The translations under genes and the position numbers were made by a program. Source: Folioceros fuciformis (taxonomy: Eukaryota). From it: a stretch of 47,438 nucleotides of DNA. The stretch spans positions 87,845 through 135,282 of the forward strand of contig JBNGIO010006099.1 in NCBI GenBank assembly GCA_049999805.1, written 5' to 3'. How positions within the stretch are numbered: position 1 is the first letter of the stretch; each line of letters starts with the position of its first letter. Under the pieces are notes generated by a model that was given only the letters and a program-made list of their open reading frames with translations, searched no databases and was not told where the DNA came from. Shown in pieces: positions 25,339 to 39,121 of this stretch.

Positions 25339-28300
25339 TTATGGTGTTAAAAAAGGGGACTGACACAACGGGCAAGTCGACTTGTGTGAAGTGTCGAACC
25401 ACTTGTATAGGCAAGCAGAATGGAACTTGTGCTTGCAGGTTTTGCAAGGAAGCCTTGGAAGGCAGTGATTCGAAGTGTGAATGATACTGTAGCAGATAGG
25501 GCATTCTTCCACACCCTCAAATTCTCGATCGACGTTGCGTTTCCAGATCTGGACAGCTTCTGAGACAGCACCATTCTGCAGATGTACGAGACAGTTGGGG
25601 GAAATTTGCTTCCTCCAAGCACCATGCACGACATGGCAAGTGAGGAAGCTTACCTGATTTCTTAAAAATGTTGCTATCGAAAGAAGCCATTTTCGTGCTC
25701 TGGTTTCACTGATACCCATCCTCCGAGTCCACTCAACCTCAGGTGCTCGAAGAGGATACGAGGCTGGGAGACGAATCAGTATGTCCATGCCTGCCTCCTC
25801 TTTCTTGTAGAATGCAGTGACTTCTCGTGTGGAGCGGTTTGCTTTGATCGATAAGGTCTCTTCTGCAACCGCTGAAGCTTGCACCTGAAGCGACGGGAGG
25901 GTGAAATTTCGTACTCCAAGAGATTACATTAGCTGCTTAGCAGTCGAAAAGTGGATTCAAACTCAGATATACCTGGGAAAACTCCTCAGCTAGAAGCTCT
26001 GGACTGCAGTGAGTTGTTGTGAAGACTTCAATTGCTGTAACAAGTCCCCGATTGTGCACACCAGTGAACCAAATTCGAACGCAGGCTCGCAACACCCGCA
26101 GCAGTAATCCATAGATTGCACCTGCAAGTGAAGCCATTTCCTCCTTCCCGACCGGCCACAAGCCTTCCACGGCAAATGCGACGGACCCCGTACTTGTCGC
26201 TCGCCTTGCCGCAGTGGCAGGACCACTCAACTTGGGTCCAGCTGAAGAAGCCTTCCTCGACACCGATGAGGTACGCTCCAAGGGGATATGCTGAAAAAGG
26301 CAATCAAGAAGCCTGCTAGCGATGTCCAAATCCTGAGCATACTGCACTAATCTTTCCCTTGCTCGTGATAAGGGGGGGAGATTTTGTAGTCGCGTCAAAA
26401 AGAGAGACCAACTCAAGAAGTAACGAACCTGCCTCAAGGACGGGAAAGTCAGACGATACAAGCACCTGCAAACACGTGGCCTTCAGAGATGACAAGGCGA
26501 AACACAATTTCTTGCACGAACTTACCCGCAATGATGACGTGAGTGGAGAGCTCTGAATTACAGCCCAAGGAGTCTCCAACAGGGACGAGAGCTCTTGCCG
26601 AATCGGTGGAACATCTTGAGGAGGAGAACCATCGTCTCCACTCCCAGCACCACCCTCTTCCCCCTCATCCGTTAGCCCTCCATGATCTGCACTGACCACT
26701 CCTTTGGACACAGACAACTGTTCCAGAGGTTCCGAGGATAGGAATTGATATGCAGTCCATTGCAAGGAGTCAATTGGCTCAGGGGAGAACAGCAGTGCGT
26801 ACAGGGCACTGATGGAAGTGATACCAGTCCCCCACAGATCCGCTGCACGAACAGCTGCCTCCCTTGTTCTGCCTGACGAGCTGACAGCAACATCGGAAAT
26901 GCTGTCCCACAGACTTGTATCGCCTTTCCGCCATGATACAACAACCGATCTAGCTCGATTTCCATCACTGGAGGCAGCTGCTGCAGCCTCAGCCATGCCT
27001 GTTGCAAGAAGAAGTCGTAATATATCTGCCATCGCTCTGGTGTCTGCCATTTCCCAATTAGCTTGCTTCAGCTGCTCCCAAGAGTCTGTTCCAATGGCGC
27101 CCTCAAAGTCGGTAAGCGCCTTCACTAGAGAAACGACTGAAATAGCGATGGTAAAGAGCTTGCTAGCACTATTCCCTTCAACAGCAAGGGGAAGAACCAT
27201 CCCAAGAGCATCTTTGCTTTCTGGGATGGCCTCGACTACTGACTCTGCAAATTCCTCAAACATCAGAACTGCAGCTTCAAGCCACTTGCGCAATCGACTC
27301 AGAACAAACTCCCAGTCATCTTGACTGAAACTTTTCCAGCAATAGGCGACTGTGACCGCAACTAACTTGGCTAGACCCAGCTCCACATCCTGCTTCCACA
27401 AAGGGTCTGGCTTCAAATCCTCCTGAATTGGTGCAGCGCGAAGTATTGCAGCGTGGGCAGCGACTGCTGCCCTGGCTTCTCGAGAGGACTGCTTCCGCAA
27501 CAAAGCCAGAAGGAGTTCCCTCTCCTGAACACTAACTACCGAAGCTGAAGCAGCCACCATGGTTGCCACTCCCCCAGATGGATTCAGTGGAAAGCATGAA
27601 ACTACCAGGCGAATCCAGAACAACGTATCTGATGCAAAACATACATCGCATGTCAATTTGAGAAGCTCAACAAACACAACAGCTATTAAATTAAAAAACT
27701 TTGTCACGCAAAAGAAAGACCAAACCTTCACCTTGCACTCCCCTCTCAGACGCAACCAGAGGGGGCCTCCTTAATGCAGTAGCTAGCCATTCAGAAACTG
27801 ACAACTCCACCTCTCTCGACCAGCCTTCGTCAGATTCCAAAATATTCTCTTTCAATCGGGGCTCCTCAGAAATTCGCTTTCTTAAGACTGGCATCAAAAC
27901 CGAAAGCACTAGTGGCAAGACCTTCAAATTTTCACCCACAGATAGATTGCCTGGGCGATCTTGAAGAACATGCTCAGAGAATATCGCATATGCATCAACC
28001 TTAGCATCGTGGCCCCCCCTTTCCAGCAGGGATCTTAAGAGGAGCAACAGTGCACGCAAAGGTGCACAACCAAAGTTATGGATCTCATCCTCTCCAGTAT
28101 CCCAGAGGAGCCCAAAAGACTCACTGCTTTCAATTTTAGCAATTGCTGAAACACCTTGAAATAGTGAGCAAACAGTCATATCACAGAGCTCTCGCTCCAC
28201 CGTTCCTACAGCAGCTTGTCCACACTGTTTCAAGAAAGGTACTACGGACTGCATAGCCCCACCATTTGGCCATTGCCAGGTGCATAAAAGCTCTAACGCA

Positions 28301-31300
28301 AGCCACACTCTGCAAGGTTTCTTCGCCAAGTAGACTTGCTTGCCCAAAGTAATCTCTGGACCTGGGCAAGCCACATTCTCAGGCCTGACTTCTTGTTGGA
28401 GCTTGGCGGACTGCACAGAATGGCTAAAATATACCAGGGCAGGGGGCAAAGAATCCACAAATGATGCGAACTGTCTATGTGCATTTTCCTGCAGAGGAGG
28501 TTCAGGCATATTAGCAGACATTCTGGGAGTGGGACTTTATCATGCTTTCTAGACAACACAAGGAGGCCGACGTACTCAGCGACACAATTTTTCAAGTAAC
28601 AAAAGGAAATGATAAAAGCGACTATTGGTAATCATGAAACAATGTAAGGAAACAGTGCCAGCTTACCTGATCCGCGTCCTGTTTTCCTGCAGACCGTAAC
28701 ACTGACATGCTTCCTGGTTTCTGGCAGCTACCATCTGTCCACCAAGGCCATGAATCATTGGAAGCCAAAAGTAGCTCCATAGTTTCATCAAGGTCTTCCG
28801 CGTTCTGAGAGAAATTTTCACTCAGCTCCAAAGCCCAGCTTGCAGACCTGCGAATCAGTTGATGGCCTTCTTCATCGTCTTTTACAAAGATTGCAAATCT
28901 TATGCACCTAGTTAAAATCCACCTTAGATGACTTTTACTCAAAGCAGTTAGTTTCTCGTGGAAGGGTTGCGAAACTTTGTCAGTAATCACCTTCAGGGAC
29001 TCCAAGAACCCAATTCTGGTTTCCATCCCAACTTCAGACACAGAATCAGCAGCCTCATTGGCTGAGGTTATCTTAACACAGTTGCGTTCAGAACTATCTA
29101 CGAAATTGTCCTCATCTGCGGCATCCACGTCACTTTCATACTCCTCAAACTCAATTCCTGCATTCTGCACGTGATTCGTATGTGCCCATTTGAGACAGTA
29201 GATTGTAGCAGCAATGTTGGCAGAGATTTTGATATCTGTTGTTGAAAGAGCACCAATACACTCTCCAATGATGTCCAATGCGTCCTTAGCCTGCACCCAC
29301 ATATCATCTCCTGTACAGGTTTCGTCCATCTCATCATGTTCGCAACTTTCTACTGGAGTGGACGAGATAAGGGAGGATGCTTGTATCGCCCATTTGTAGT
29401 TTGCGTGTCTGAGTACGGTAAGCAGTTTGTTGAGGAGTCTGGTCAAAATTGATGTAGCTACAGGGGTAGACACCATGAGGGTAGGAGTCTCTCTGCTTTC
29501 CAGTACATACCTGCACGAGAACAAGCCACATATTTGTCATGGAGAGTAACTTCCCCAAGATTGCTATATGTCAACTTCAGCTGACTGCAAACGTATGACA
29601 CGGTAGCAGTATTGAGCTTTGCAGTCCTAACCTTATAAGCTGGAGATGAGACGGGTTCACAATGTCAGCACTCCTGGCAACAGAAACAATCACTTTATCC
29701 AAAACTTTGGATCTGGACTTGTCAAGAAGAAGATTTGCTGCCTCAACTTCCCCTGAGACTGCAAGCTTGTTCACTTTCTGCCTAATACTTTGCACCAACA
29801 CTGTTAAAGTCTCTATCTGCCTGGCTTCCAGAGACACTTCTTCTTCCTGTGATTGTTGTAGACTACTCACATACAGTAGGATATTGCTCCACTCTTCCTC
29901 AAAATTTTTCCACTCAACATAAGCAAGGAGTAACTCTATTTTACTTCCTACATCTGGATTACCATCCAAACACCACCACATCAACTCCTGTAGGAACGAA
30001 GTATCACGGTGTTCAACAACGTCAATGGAGTCATCACCAGACCCCTTACACCAAAGACCGTAAAACGCATCCGGTCCATAAATTGTGGCAACCTTTGCCA
30101 GGACTTTCACAGCTTCAGAGTGGCCCTGCATGAACAGGAACACACGTTGAGCAAAATGCAGAGCAGGAGGAGTGTAAGCAATACTATTGGACCTGATGTG
30201 CAGAATGGACTGTATTCCTTCAAGACTGAGTCTGCTCTACAACTCACCGATGCCATGATTTCAGAGTAAACCTGGGTAATAATGGGGCGCACTACATGTG
30301 TCAATGCCCAAATTTGTGTGCTTGGCTTACATGATGATCTCTTTGCTGCAAGCAGTACGAAAAAATCTGAAAGACGAGATAAACACAAATCCTTGTCCCC
30401 TGTTTGAGATCTGTTCGCAACTGATTGGAATGTAGAGGTACAAGAAGAGTGAAATTCTGGCCAAAGGGCTTTGACCAATCCGCTGTCTTTTTCAACAAAG
30501 TATGCCAACAGATCCACGAAACAAGTTGCGAGCTCGCGATTGAACTGCTCTGGAAGCAACACAATGACATCCGACTTTTCAAGGTGACCTTGCCTGGTAT
30601 TCTCCCTGCTGGACACAGCTAGCTGCTCTCCATGTTCTTGATCATGCCTGGTAATCCCATTATTCACATACTGGGACCATATGAATTTGAAGAGAACTAA
30701 TTCAATCAGATATTGTTGCAGTTCTTTTGCACCTTTTTCATCCTCATCAGTGTATCTGCAAAACATAAACAGGCCACGTTAGTGGCGATGGCATAGTCCA
30801 CGTCAAAACGGTGAGAAGGATCACGTACCAGATAAAAGTACGAAATTGATACAGACCTTGCAATGTTTGTCACAACCCAAATCAGACACTCCTGCAGCAC
30901 TTGCAGCAGTGCCTGCTTGTCAACAGGTGAGAGTGAGCCTGAAAGAACACCTTGCCATAGACTACTGAAAAAATCATGGAAGAAGACTTGAGAAGGATTA
31001 ACAGCCACCGGAGGAACTAAGGACAACAGTACCAAAAGGTACTGACGAGAAATTTGCTGCGAGCCATAGCAGCCATGCTTTAAGAAACCCCACAAGCGTG
31101 GAAGAACGACTTTTCTGATTGTGACAACCTGCCATGCCTCAGGAAATGTACGCGCAAAAAGAAGCACCATTTCCCACATTGGCTGATGACATATTGCACT
31201 TTTTTCAGCAAAAGATCCAAGAATAACTCCCACCACCATATCCTGGTCTGCAGTTGCAAAGAGCCCAGGCACATGTTGGATAAACGCACGGAAGACCTGA

Positions 31301-33005
31301 TACGTAGCTGACCTTATCCCTGGCACTCCTGACTTCACAAACCCTTGAAAAAACTTGTGATTAAGGCACAGCCTTGAGGCCCTATCTGTTATGGACGCTT
31401 TATTTGTCCTGGAACTGTCAGCCGCTGTCCCATTAGCAGCGACAGTGTTGGAAGAAGATTTCACGGGACTGATAAGCACATCAAGAATTGCTGCTGTTGC
31501 TAACAAAGAAGAAGAAATGACCTGCAGCATTAACCACCATTATTCTAAGATCAAGCCGGTTTGCCCGTGGCTCCCAAATGGAGCTCAAATGGTGAAAAAA
31601 TAAAATTGCATACCCGCTCATACTTCTCTGTTGATTCGCCTATTGAACTTGACTTGTCTGAGATTGTTTGTGGTGTAAGCTTCAAGTTCTCATCGAGATA
31701 GGTGAATATTTCATTGATGCTATATATCAAAGCATCCACACGCTTGGTTTGGTTTGGAAATGCAAGCTGTTGTTCACAGGTGAACAAGTCACGTTCTGTT
31801 TGCCACCTGATGGGTGGCTACAAAACCATCAGCAAAGAAAGGGGGAACGAATTGTCACCTGCAGCGAATGCTGTGCAGCTTCCGCTACCTCCTTAGATGG
31901 GTCAAACTGGGAAACCCACCAAGCCCCCATCAAGGCACGCAAATGTGGAGCCAGCCCTCTCCTGAAATTGAACTCCATATTAGTCGTGGGGGTACACCCA
32001 GTTAAGAACCTCATAACCACCGGAGCATGACTTCTATGTGCAATTACATGAAAAAAAAAAAATGAGGAGGAAAGGGAGCCGCACCCAATGGCTGTCGCTA
32101 GATCAGACATTGCCTCATGAGCACTCTCCCGTACTTGGCGGCTGCTGTCCTGGACTAAGCGTTTGTATTCAAAAACCTGTGTCATATGGCCCAACGATTG
32201 GAGATGATAGACAATTTCGGATATGCATAGATTCAACATGTGATGAACCTGCATTTCATGTATAGACGCCATCCAGAATGGTGGGGCAGCCAGGCACACA
32301 TACCCAAGGTGGCATTAATGTTGCCAGACCACTGCCTGGATGCTCTTTGAAAAAATTCCGCAATGCAGATAATGTCTTCAGCTGCAGGAGGCCCACAAGC
32401 GGAAGAAGATAAGCAAACTGGATCACAAAACCTAAGGAAACCAGTCCGGATGCGGGAGAAGGGTAGCCTGCCTTGGTAGTCGGATCTTTTTTGGACAAAC
32501 GCCTTAAAAGCAGTGCAGCTTCCACATCGACGTCCTGCACAGTTTTAACAGCGACGATTCAGACTTGTATCGTGGTATGCACCCCTGAAACCTTTCAGAG
32601 GGGAAACTCCAGTTCCAACAATCAAGTCCTGAACCAGTCCGCAGGACTAATTCACCACTTGCAGCAAAACAAGAATCCGGCCCTTGAGGGACATGGAAGC
32701 GAAATTTGGCCTCACCACCAGCGTATCCCCATCAGAGCCGGGGACCGGCTCCACCCGTGCACTCCCTACATAGCCTCCAAATCCGAGTGATCCGGTACCA
32801 GAAGTCTGTGCAAGTGATGCTGCCAAGCTGCATGCAGCAGGGCCACGTCCCATAAGCATAAGAGCAATACAAGACACCTTGACGCAACAAGAATCAACGA
32901 GCTCAACGAGACCGTACAGGATTTGACACACGAGTCCACACAAAATCACCTGCTGCTCGATGGTCTTGTCTTGCTACGCGAGGAATCCCCTTTAGCTTTC
33001 CCCAT
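25339..33005 (-). CDS. LTN1: E3 ubiquitin ligase listerin, about 16 exons
   Basis: N-terminus MGKAKGDSSRSKTRPSSSSLAASL...GFGGYVGS, RRLSKKDPTTK/LK, WWVSQFDP, HEAT-like body, RWD (LPASYPLR) and C-terminal RING (EFEGVEECPICY...CKHKFHSACLYKWF...CPLC). The splice sites can be followed in frame. Confidence 0.95.
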
Positions 33006-33351
33006 CCTGACACTTGTGCGCGATACTGAGCAGAAATCTGCACTTCAGACGGGCTATTAGAAGGTACATCTGTGCAGAACTAGTTAAGTTTAATGATGTG
33101 TTGATGTGTGAAGGAGGAGTGTAAATTAGAGCCTCAGGCCTTGAAGTAGGCAGGCGATTTATATATAGCGCTCAGCAGTTTCCAGTATTGAAAATTAGAG
33201 CCCTAGGCCTTGAACTAGGCAGACGATTTATATAGCGGTCAGCAGTTTCTAGTATCGAAAATTGTGGACGCATTGTGTTGCGAGGGCGAGGCTGGGCCAG
33301 GGTGACGCGTCCAAGCTCACGCCTCTGTCACGCCTGAAGCGCAAGCTCAAG
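33006..33351. promoter_or_regulatory. Putative bidirectional promoter (346 bp between ATGs) with a duplicated TATA module
   Basis: Divergent ATGs at 33005 (-) and 33352 (+). A ~69-bp tandem repeat spans 33123-33263, each copy containing tttatata(ta)g. Confidence 0.7.
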
Positions 33352-34641
<1,290 letters not shown>

Positions 34642-35959
34642 GTCAGAGCTGGCTGAACTCTTCAACGCTCATCCCACGTGCATGCAATCATGAACTTGCA
34701 TGGTGCAGGCACCTTCTGTTGAGCATTCTTGTCTGGAGATGACCTAAACATTCTGGCTATGTCTTTGCTGCGGCTATCCCTTGCAGGTAGTGCATGCTAC
34801 TGTGGATAACTCCGTGCCATGTCATGCCCGTGTATCCCTGAGAGCAGCCTGAGGGGTGCATTCGCCACGAATTGGCAAACAAGATCATTACATCGCAGGA
34901 GGTAGAATCGTTCGCTTGGTTCTGTACCACCATCTACGTACCCACCATCCTATGTACCTTGCTTGTTCCTCTGTGAAGGCCCTGGGTTGAGGTTACATGT
35001 CCTTTTCTGTGATCATGTAGTCGGTGCCGACATTAGCTTTGTTCATCAACCCGAGGTACCGTATTCGCTTATAGTTTTGACTAGGTTTTCGATGACATGG
35101 ACTGTGAGTGTGTCAATCTCTTTGTGGGAATGATAACGCATGAGCCCTCTTTAATCACTTCTTAGTCGTTGTAGTCGTCAGCATAGATACTTACTTAGAT
35201 TATTGTCGGATAGCTTGGCGCAGTTGTACATAGCTCCCTCCCTGGTAAGTCCAGAACGGATAATATGAGCCAGCGTTCGTTGTCATGACGCGCTGTGGTA
35301 AGCCGGTTTCTGACAGAAAAGCGTATTACACGCCAGTTAGTGAGAACGTAAACCCTCCTCTCAGAAATGTGGAAGGAGGACTAAGCTCGGAAACGGTTAG
35401 AACCACCTAGGTCTGTTTGAACGTGCCAATGTATGAATGACAGAAAATAAATGTAGGTCCTCTGGCCGCTTCTGGACGATGTAGCCGTCTCGGGGTTCGA
35501 AATTGCATGAAGCGTCTCGTCGATCGACTATCAAGAACCTCCCCATCGGACGGAGCCAAGGTCGTCAAAAGCCAATGAATCCAGTACTTCGCACGGCCTC
35601 CTCGGTGAGAGGGAAACCCCAAGGATCGGGCTTCGAGGTACATACCATACTCATTATGATTGCAACCAATCAGAAATGGGCATCGATCAGAGCGCAGTTG
35701 CCGAGCTTGGTTGGCTGCACCAACAGAGCTAGAAAGCTCGATCCACGCCAGGATGACCTCCGTGAGCCCCGCTCCGGCTGCAAATCCAAAGTTGCAACGA
35801 GGCTTCCTGTGCATGTGCAGGAGAGGACATGGTACGGTAGTGAAGAGGAAGTGATGTGGACTACGACGAATCTATGTCCCATTCTCGTCCATGCAAGCCC
35901 ATGTCGTGTTGCACAAGTTTCTTCCTTTCTCCGTTCGAGCGGCTGTTCGACCATTGCAC

Positions 35960-38635
35960 TTAGGGCTCGGAACGCGGTGTATCCCCGACCACAAAACTAT
36001 GCACCAGTCCGTCCAAGTCTGTCCACCAGCTCCGGCCCCGCTGCTTCCTCGCCCCAATGTCTTTTCTTCTCTCTTGCATCTCCTGTGCCTCTTCCCACAT
36101 CTGGGCGCTGCTATAGATGTTGGACATAGACACATAGGCTGCAGCATCCTTCTCATCTAGTTTTATTGCTTCGGCAAAAGCACGGCGTCCTACCTCGACG
36201 TTGCTCCATTTCTGGCAAGCACCCAGTAGAGTGTGCCAGACGGCATTATGAGGCTGCGCAGGCATAGTTTGCACGACCAACAGTGCCTCGTGAAGGAGGC
36301 CTGCACGACCCAAGAGATCCACCATGCATGAGTAGTGCTCGGTGGTGGCAGTGATTCCATAATGACAGCTCATTGCCTTGAAGTACTCTTGCCCCTTGTT
36401 CACTAGACCCACGTGACTGCATGCGGTTAGTACACTGAGGAATGTGATGCTATCTGGCGCTGTGCCGTCCTCTTTCATTCTGTGGACCAAATCAAATACA
36501 GCTTCACTGTCCCCTTGGCGTGTGTATCCTGCAATCAGTGCATTCCAGGTGACAACGTCTCTTTCAGGCAGTGCATCAAACACCTGCTTGGCATCGCCCA
36601 TGCTTCCAGACTTAGCATACATGTTTATCAAACTGTTCCCTACGGTTACATCAGATTGCAGCCCTTGTTCTTCAATCTGTGAATGAAGCAGCCTTCCGGC
36701 CTGCAAAGCTGCTGCATTTGCACATGCTTGCAGCAAGCACACAAACGTCAAACAATCAGTGGGAATGATGCCTTCTTGTTGCATAGCACTGTAAAGCCGA
36801 AGAGCTTCATGATCCACTCCCTGCTGGGAGTATCCTGCTATAAGAGTCGTCCAAGCCACCACATCTTTCTGATGAAGCCCGTCAAACACCCTCTGAGCAC
36901 TCTGTAGGCTGCCGCACTTTGCATACATGTTCACCATGCTGCAACCTACAACGCCATCAGACTCAAGTGCCCTCTCCCTGATCTGTTCATGAAGCTGCTT
37001 TCCCGTCTCCAAAGCCAGGGCACCCACGCTTGCACATGCCTGCAAGAGGCACACAAATGTAACAGAATCTGGTGGAACAATGCCTTCACACTGCATAGCC
37101 GAATACAGACAAAGAGCTTCCTGACCCATTCCTTGTTGCGAGTATCCTGCTATCATAGCATTCCATGTCACCCCATCTTTTTCAGGAAGCGTGTCAAACA
37201 CGCTCTGAGCATCCACTAAGCTGCCACATCTTGCATACATAGTTACCATGCTGCAACCTAGAACCACATCGACCTGAATTGCTTGTTTTCTAATCTGTGA
37301 ATGAAGTAGCTTCCCTACCTTCAAAGCCGAGGCACCCACACTTGCACATGCCTGCAGGAGGCAAATAAATGTCACAGAGTCTGGTGCGGTGATGCCTTCT
37401 TGTTGCATAGCGCCGTAAACACGAAGGGCTTCCTGACACATGCCCTGCTGAGAATATCCAGCTATTAGAGTGGTCCACGTCACCACATCCTTTTTAACAC
37501 ATCTTTTAAACAAACCGTGAGCATCCTTCAGGCTGCCACACTTCGCGTACATGTTTATCAAGTTGTTGATAACAGTCACATCACCTTCAAGTCCCCGTTC
37601 TCGAATCTCTGCATGGAGTCGCTTACCCTCCTCCAAAGCCAGGATACCCATGCTTGCACATGCCTGCAGGAGGCACACAAATGTCACAGAATCGGGTGCG
37701 GCAATCCCCTCTTGTTGCATAGCACTGTAAAGATGAAGGGCTTTCTCACCCAGGCCTTGCTGGGAGTATCCTGTCAACATGGCATTCCAAGTCACCACAT
37801 CTTTTCTAACAAGACTCAGGAACACCTTATGAGCTTCTGACAAGCTACCTACCTTTGCATACATGTCTACCAGGCAGTTGCCAACAAACAAATCAAGCTC
37901 AACCCCACTAGCCCACAGGTCGGCGTGCACCTCCTGGCCAGTTTTCAGGTCCCCCGCCCTTGCACATGCCTGTAAGGCTGCAACAAAAACATGACCATCT
38001 GGCTTCACGTCTGACCTGCGCATCTGCTGATACAGATGTATTGCTCGCTTAGGTTGTCCGTGTCTAACATGAGCAGAAATTATGGAAGACCACATGAAGG
38101 CATCTGGTTCAGCAACAACTGAAAAAACTTCCATAGCCTCTTGCAACCTGCCGCGGGAAGCATACATGCGCAGGATGTGGTTGCACAGAAATGTGTCCGA
38201 CTCATACCCACTTTGTACGATGAGAGCATGAACCCGACGACCCAGAACCAAATCCTTCTTATCCACACAAGCTTTCACGACAGCATAAAATGGAGATCTG
38301 GAAATACGAGGGTCTGTCTGGACCAGAACTTCCAGAGCCTCAACTGCCTCTACAAGCTGTCCATGCTGACACAGTCTGCTCAATGTGTCAACAGTGACCC
38401 CCAATTCCTGTCCTACATTCCTGCGAGGGTCACCATTACCCTCCACGCTCGAGTTGGACGTAGGTCCTTCAAGGCCCATCTGCATATTGGGAGCAAGCTC
38501 CTCGTCATCCACCCAATCTGACTTGAAGAAGGCGCATTCTCTTCGAGGGGATGGGTTCATTGCAAGGCTAGTGCGTATCGCGGCTTCATTGTTTAGCAAG
38601 GCTTGGCTGCTTAGAATCAGGTGACAAGCACCCAT
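35960..38635 (-). CDS. PLS-class PPR protein with E1-E2 and a truncated WW-type PG box; organellar RNA-editing specificity factor; intronless
   Basis: About 20 P/L/S motifs ending P2-L2-S2 (TFLSVLTACSHVGLV, HYSCMVDLLGRAG), then E1, E2 and QRGRSWWTDLDGLVHSFVVGD before the stop. First in-frame ATG is at 38635; the true start is uncertain. Confidence 0.93.
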   Translation of the reverse strand: MGACHLILSSQALLNNEAAIRTSLAMNPSPRRECAFFKSDWVDDEELAPNMQMGLEGPTSNSSVEGNGDPRRNVGQELGVTVDTLSRLCQHGQLVEAVEALEVLVQTDPRISRSPFYAVVKACVDKKDLVLGRRVHALIVQSGYESDTFLCNHILRMYASRGRLQEAMEVFSVVAEPDAFMWSSIISAHVRHGQPKRAIHLYQQMRRSDVKPDGHVFVAALQACARAGDLKTGQEVHADLWASGVELDLFVGNCLVDMYAKVGSLSEAHKVFLSLVRKDVVTWNAMLTGYSQQGLGEKALHLYSAMQQEGIAAPDSVTFVCLLQACASMGILALEEGKRLHAEIRERGLEGDVTVINNLINMYAKCGSLKDAHGLFKRCVKKDVVTWTTLIAGYSQQGMCQEALRVYGAMQQEGITAPDSVTFICLLQACASVGASALKVGKLLHSQIRKQAIQVDVVLGCSMVTMYARCGSLVDAQSVFDTLPEKDGVTWNAMIAGYSQQGMGQEALCLYSAMQCEGIVPPDSVTFVCLLQACASVGALALETGKQLHEQIRERALESDGVVGCSMVNMYAKCGSLQSAQRVFDGLHQKDVVAWTTLIAGYSQQGVDHEALRLYSAMQQEGIIPTDCLTFVCLLQACANAAALQAGRLLHSQIEEQGLQSDVTVGNSLINMYAKSGSMGDAKQVFDALPERDVVTWNALIAGYTRQGDSEAVFDLVHRMKEDGTAPDSITFLSVLTACSHVGLVNKGQEYFKAMSCHYGITATTEHYSCMVDLLGRAGLLHEALLVVQTMPAQPHNAVWHTLLGACQKWSNVEVGRRAFAEAIKLDEKDAAAYVSMSNIYSSAQMWEEAQEMQERRKDIGARKQRGRSWWTDLDGLVHSFVVGDTPRSEP

Positions 38636-39121
38636 TATCCTCCAATGGCACAACTTGAGCCTCTCCTCTAGAATCAAGCCACAAGCTTCCAGTGCTCCCC
38701 GGCAGGAGTGCAGGAGTTTTGCCTTCAGTCTGTGCCTGCTCTAAGCGGGACGTCAGCACCCGCCTTATCTGTAGCTACTGGATGGAGACAACGTGAGGCA
38801 TACTCTAGCATAGGACCATAAAAAAAATGACTCTCTACAGGATTGCCACAGCCTCATGGGAATGGACTGGATAGGACTACAATCAGGGTAGGAGACCCAT
38901 TCTGGTTTGCAACAAATTCGACATCTGCTGCAGGTCTTTGAGACCTCGAAGAATGTGATGCTCAGGTATCAGTCCATCATGATCGACGCTGAGTAAAGAC
39001 CCCCTGAGGCCCTTGAAGCTTCCTTTTTCCTCCCCAGCAAGTCTTCTCATGGCCCATCAACTTGCCATTCGGCCAGCAGTTTCAGAGCTTCAATCACGAT
39101 GAGCCCAGTCGACAAGGGGGA

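Noticed and set aside
35503..36129. 208-aa plus-strand ORF overlapping the PPR 3' end
   Set aside because: TTG start, no recognisable domain, and composition typical of antisense or UTR sequence.
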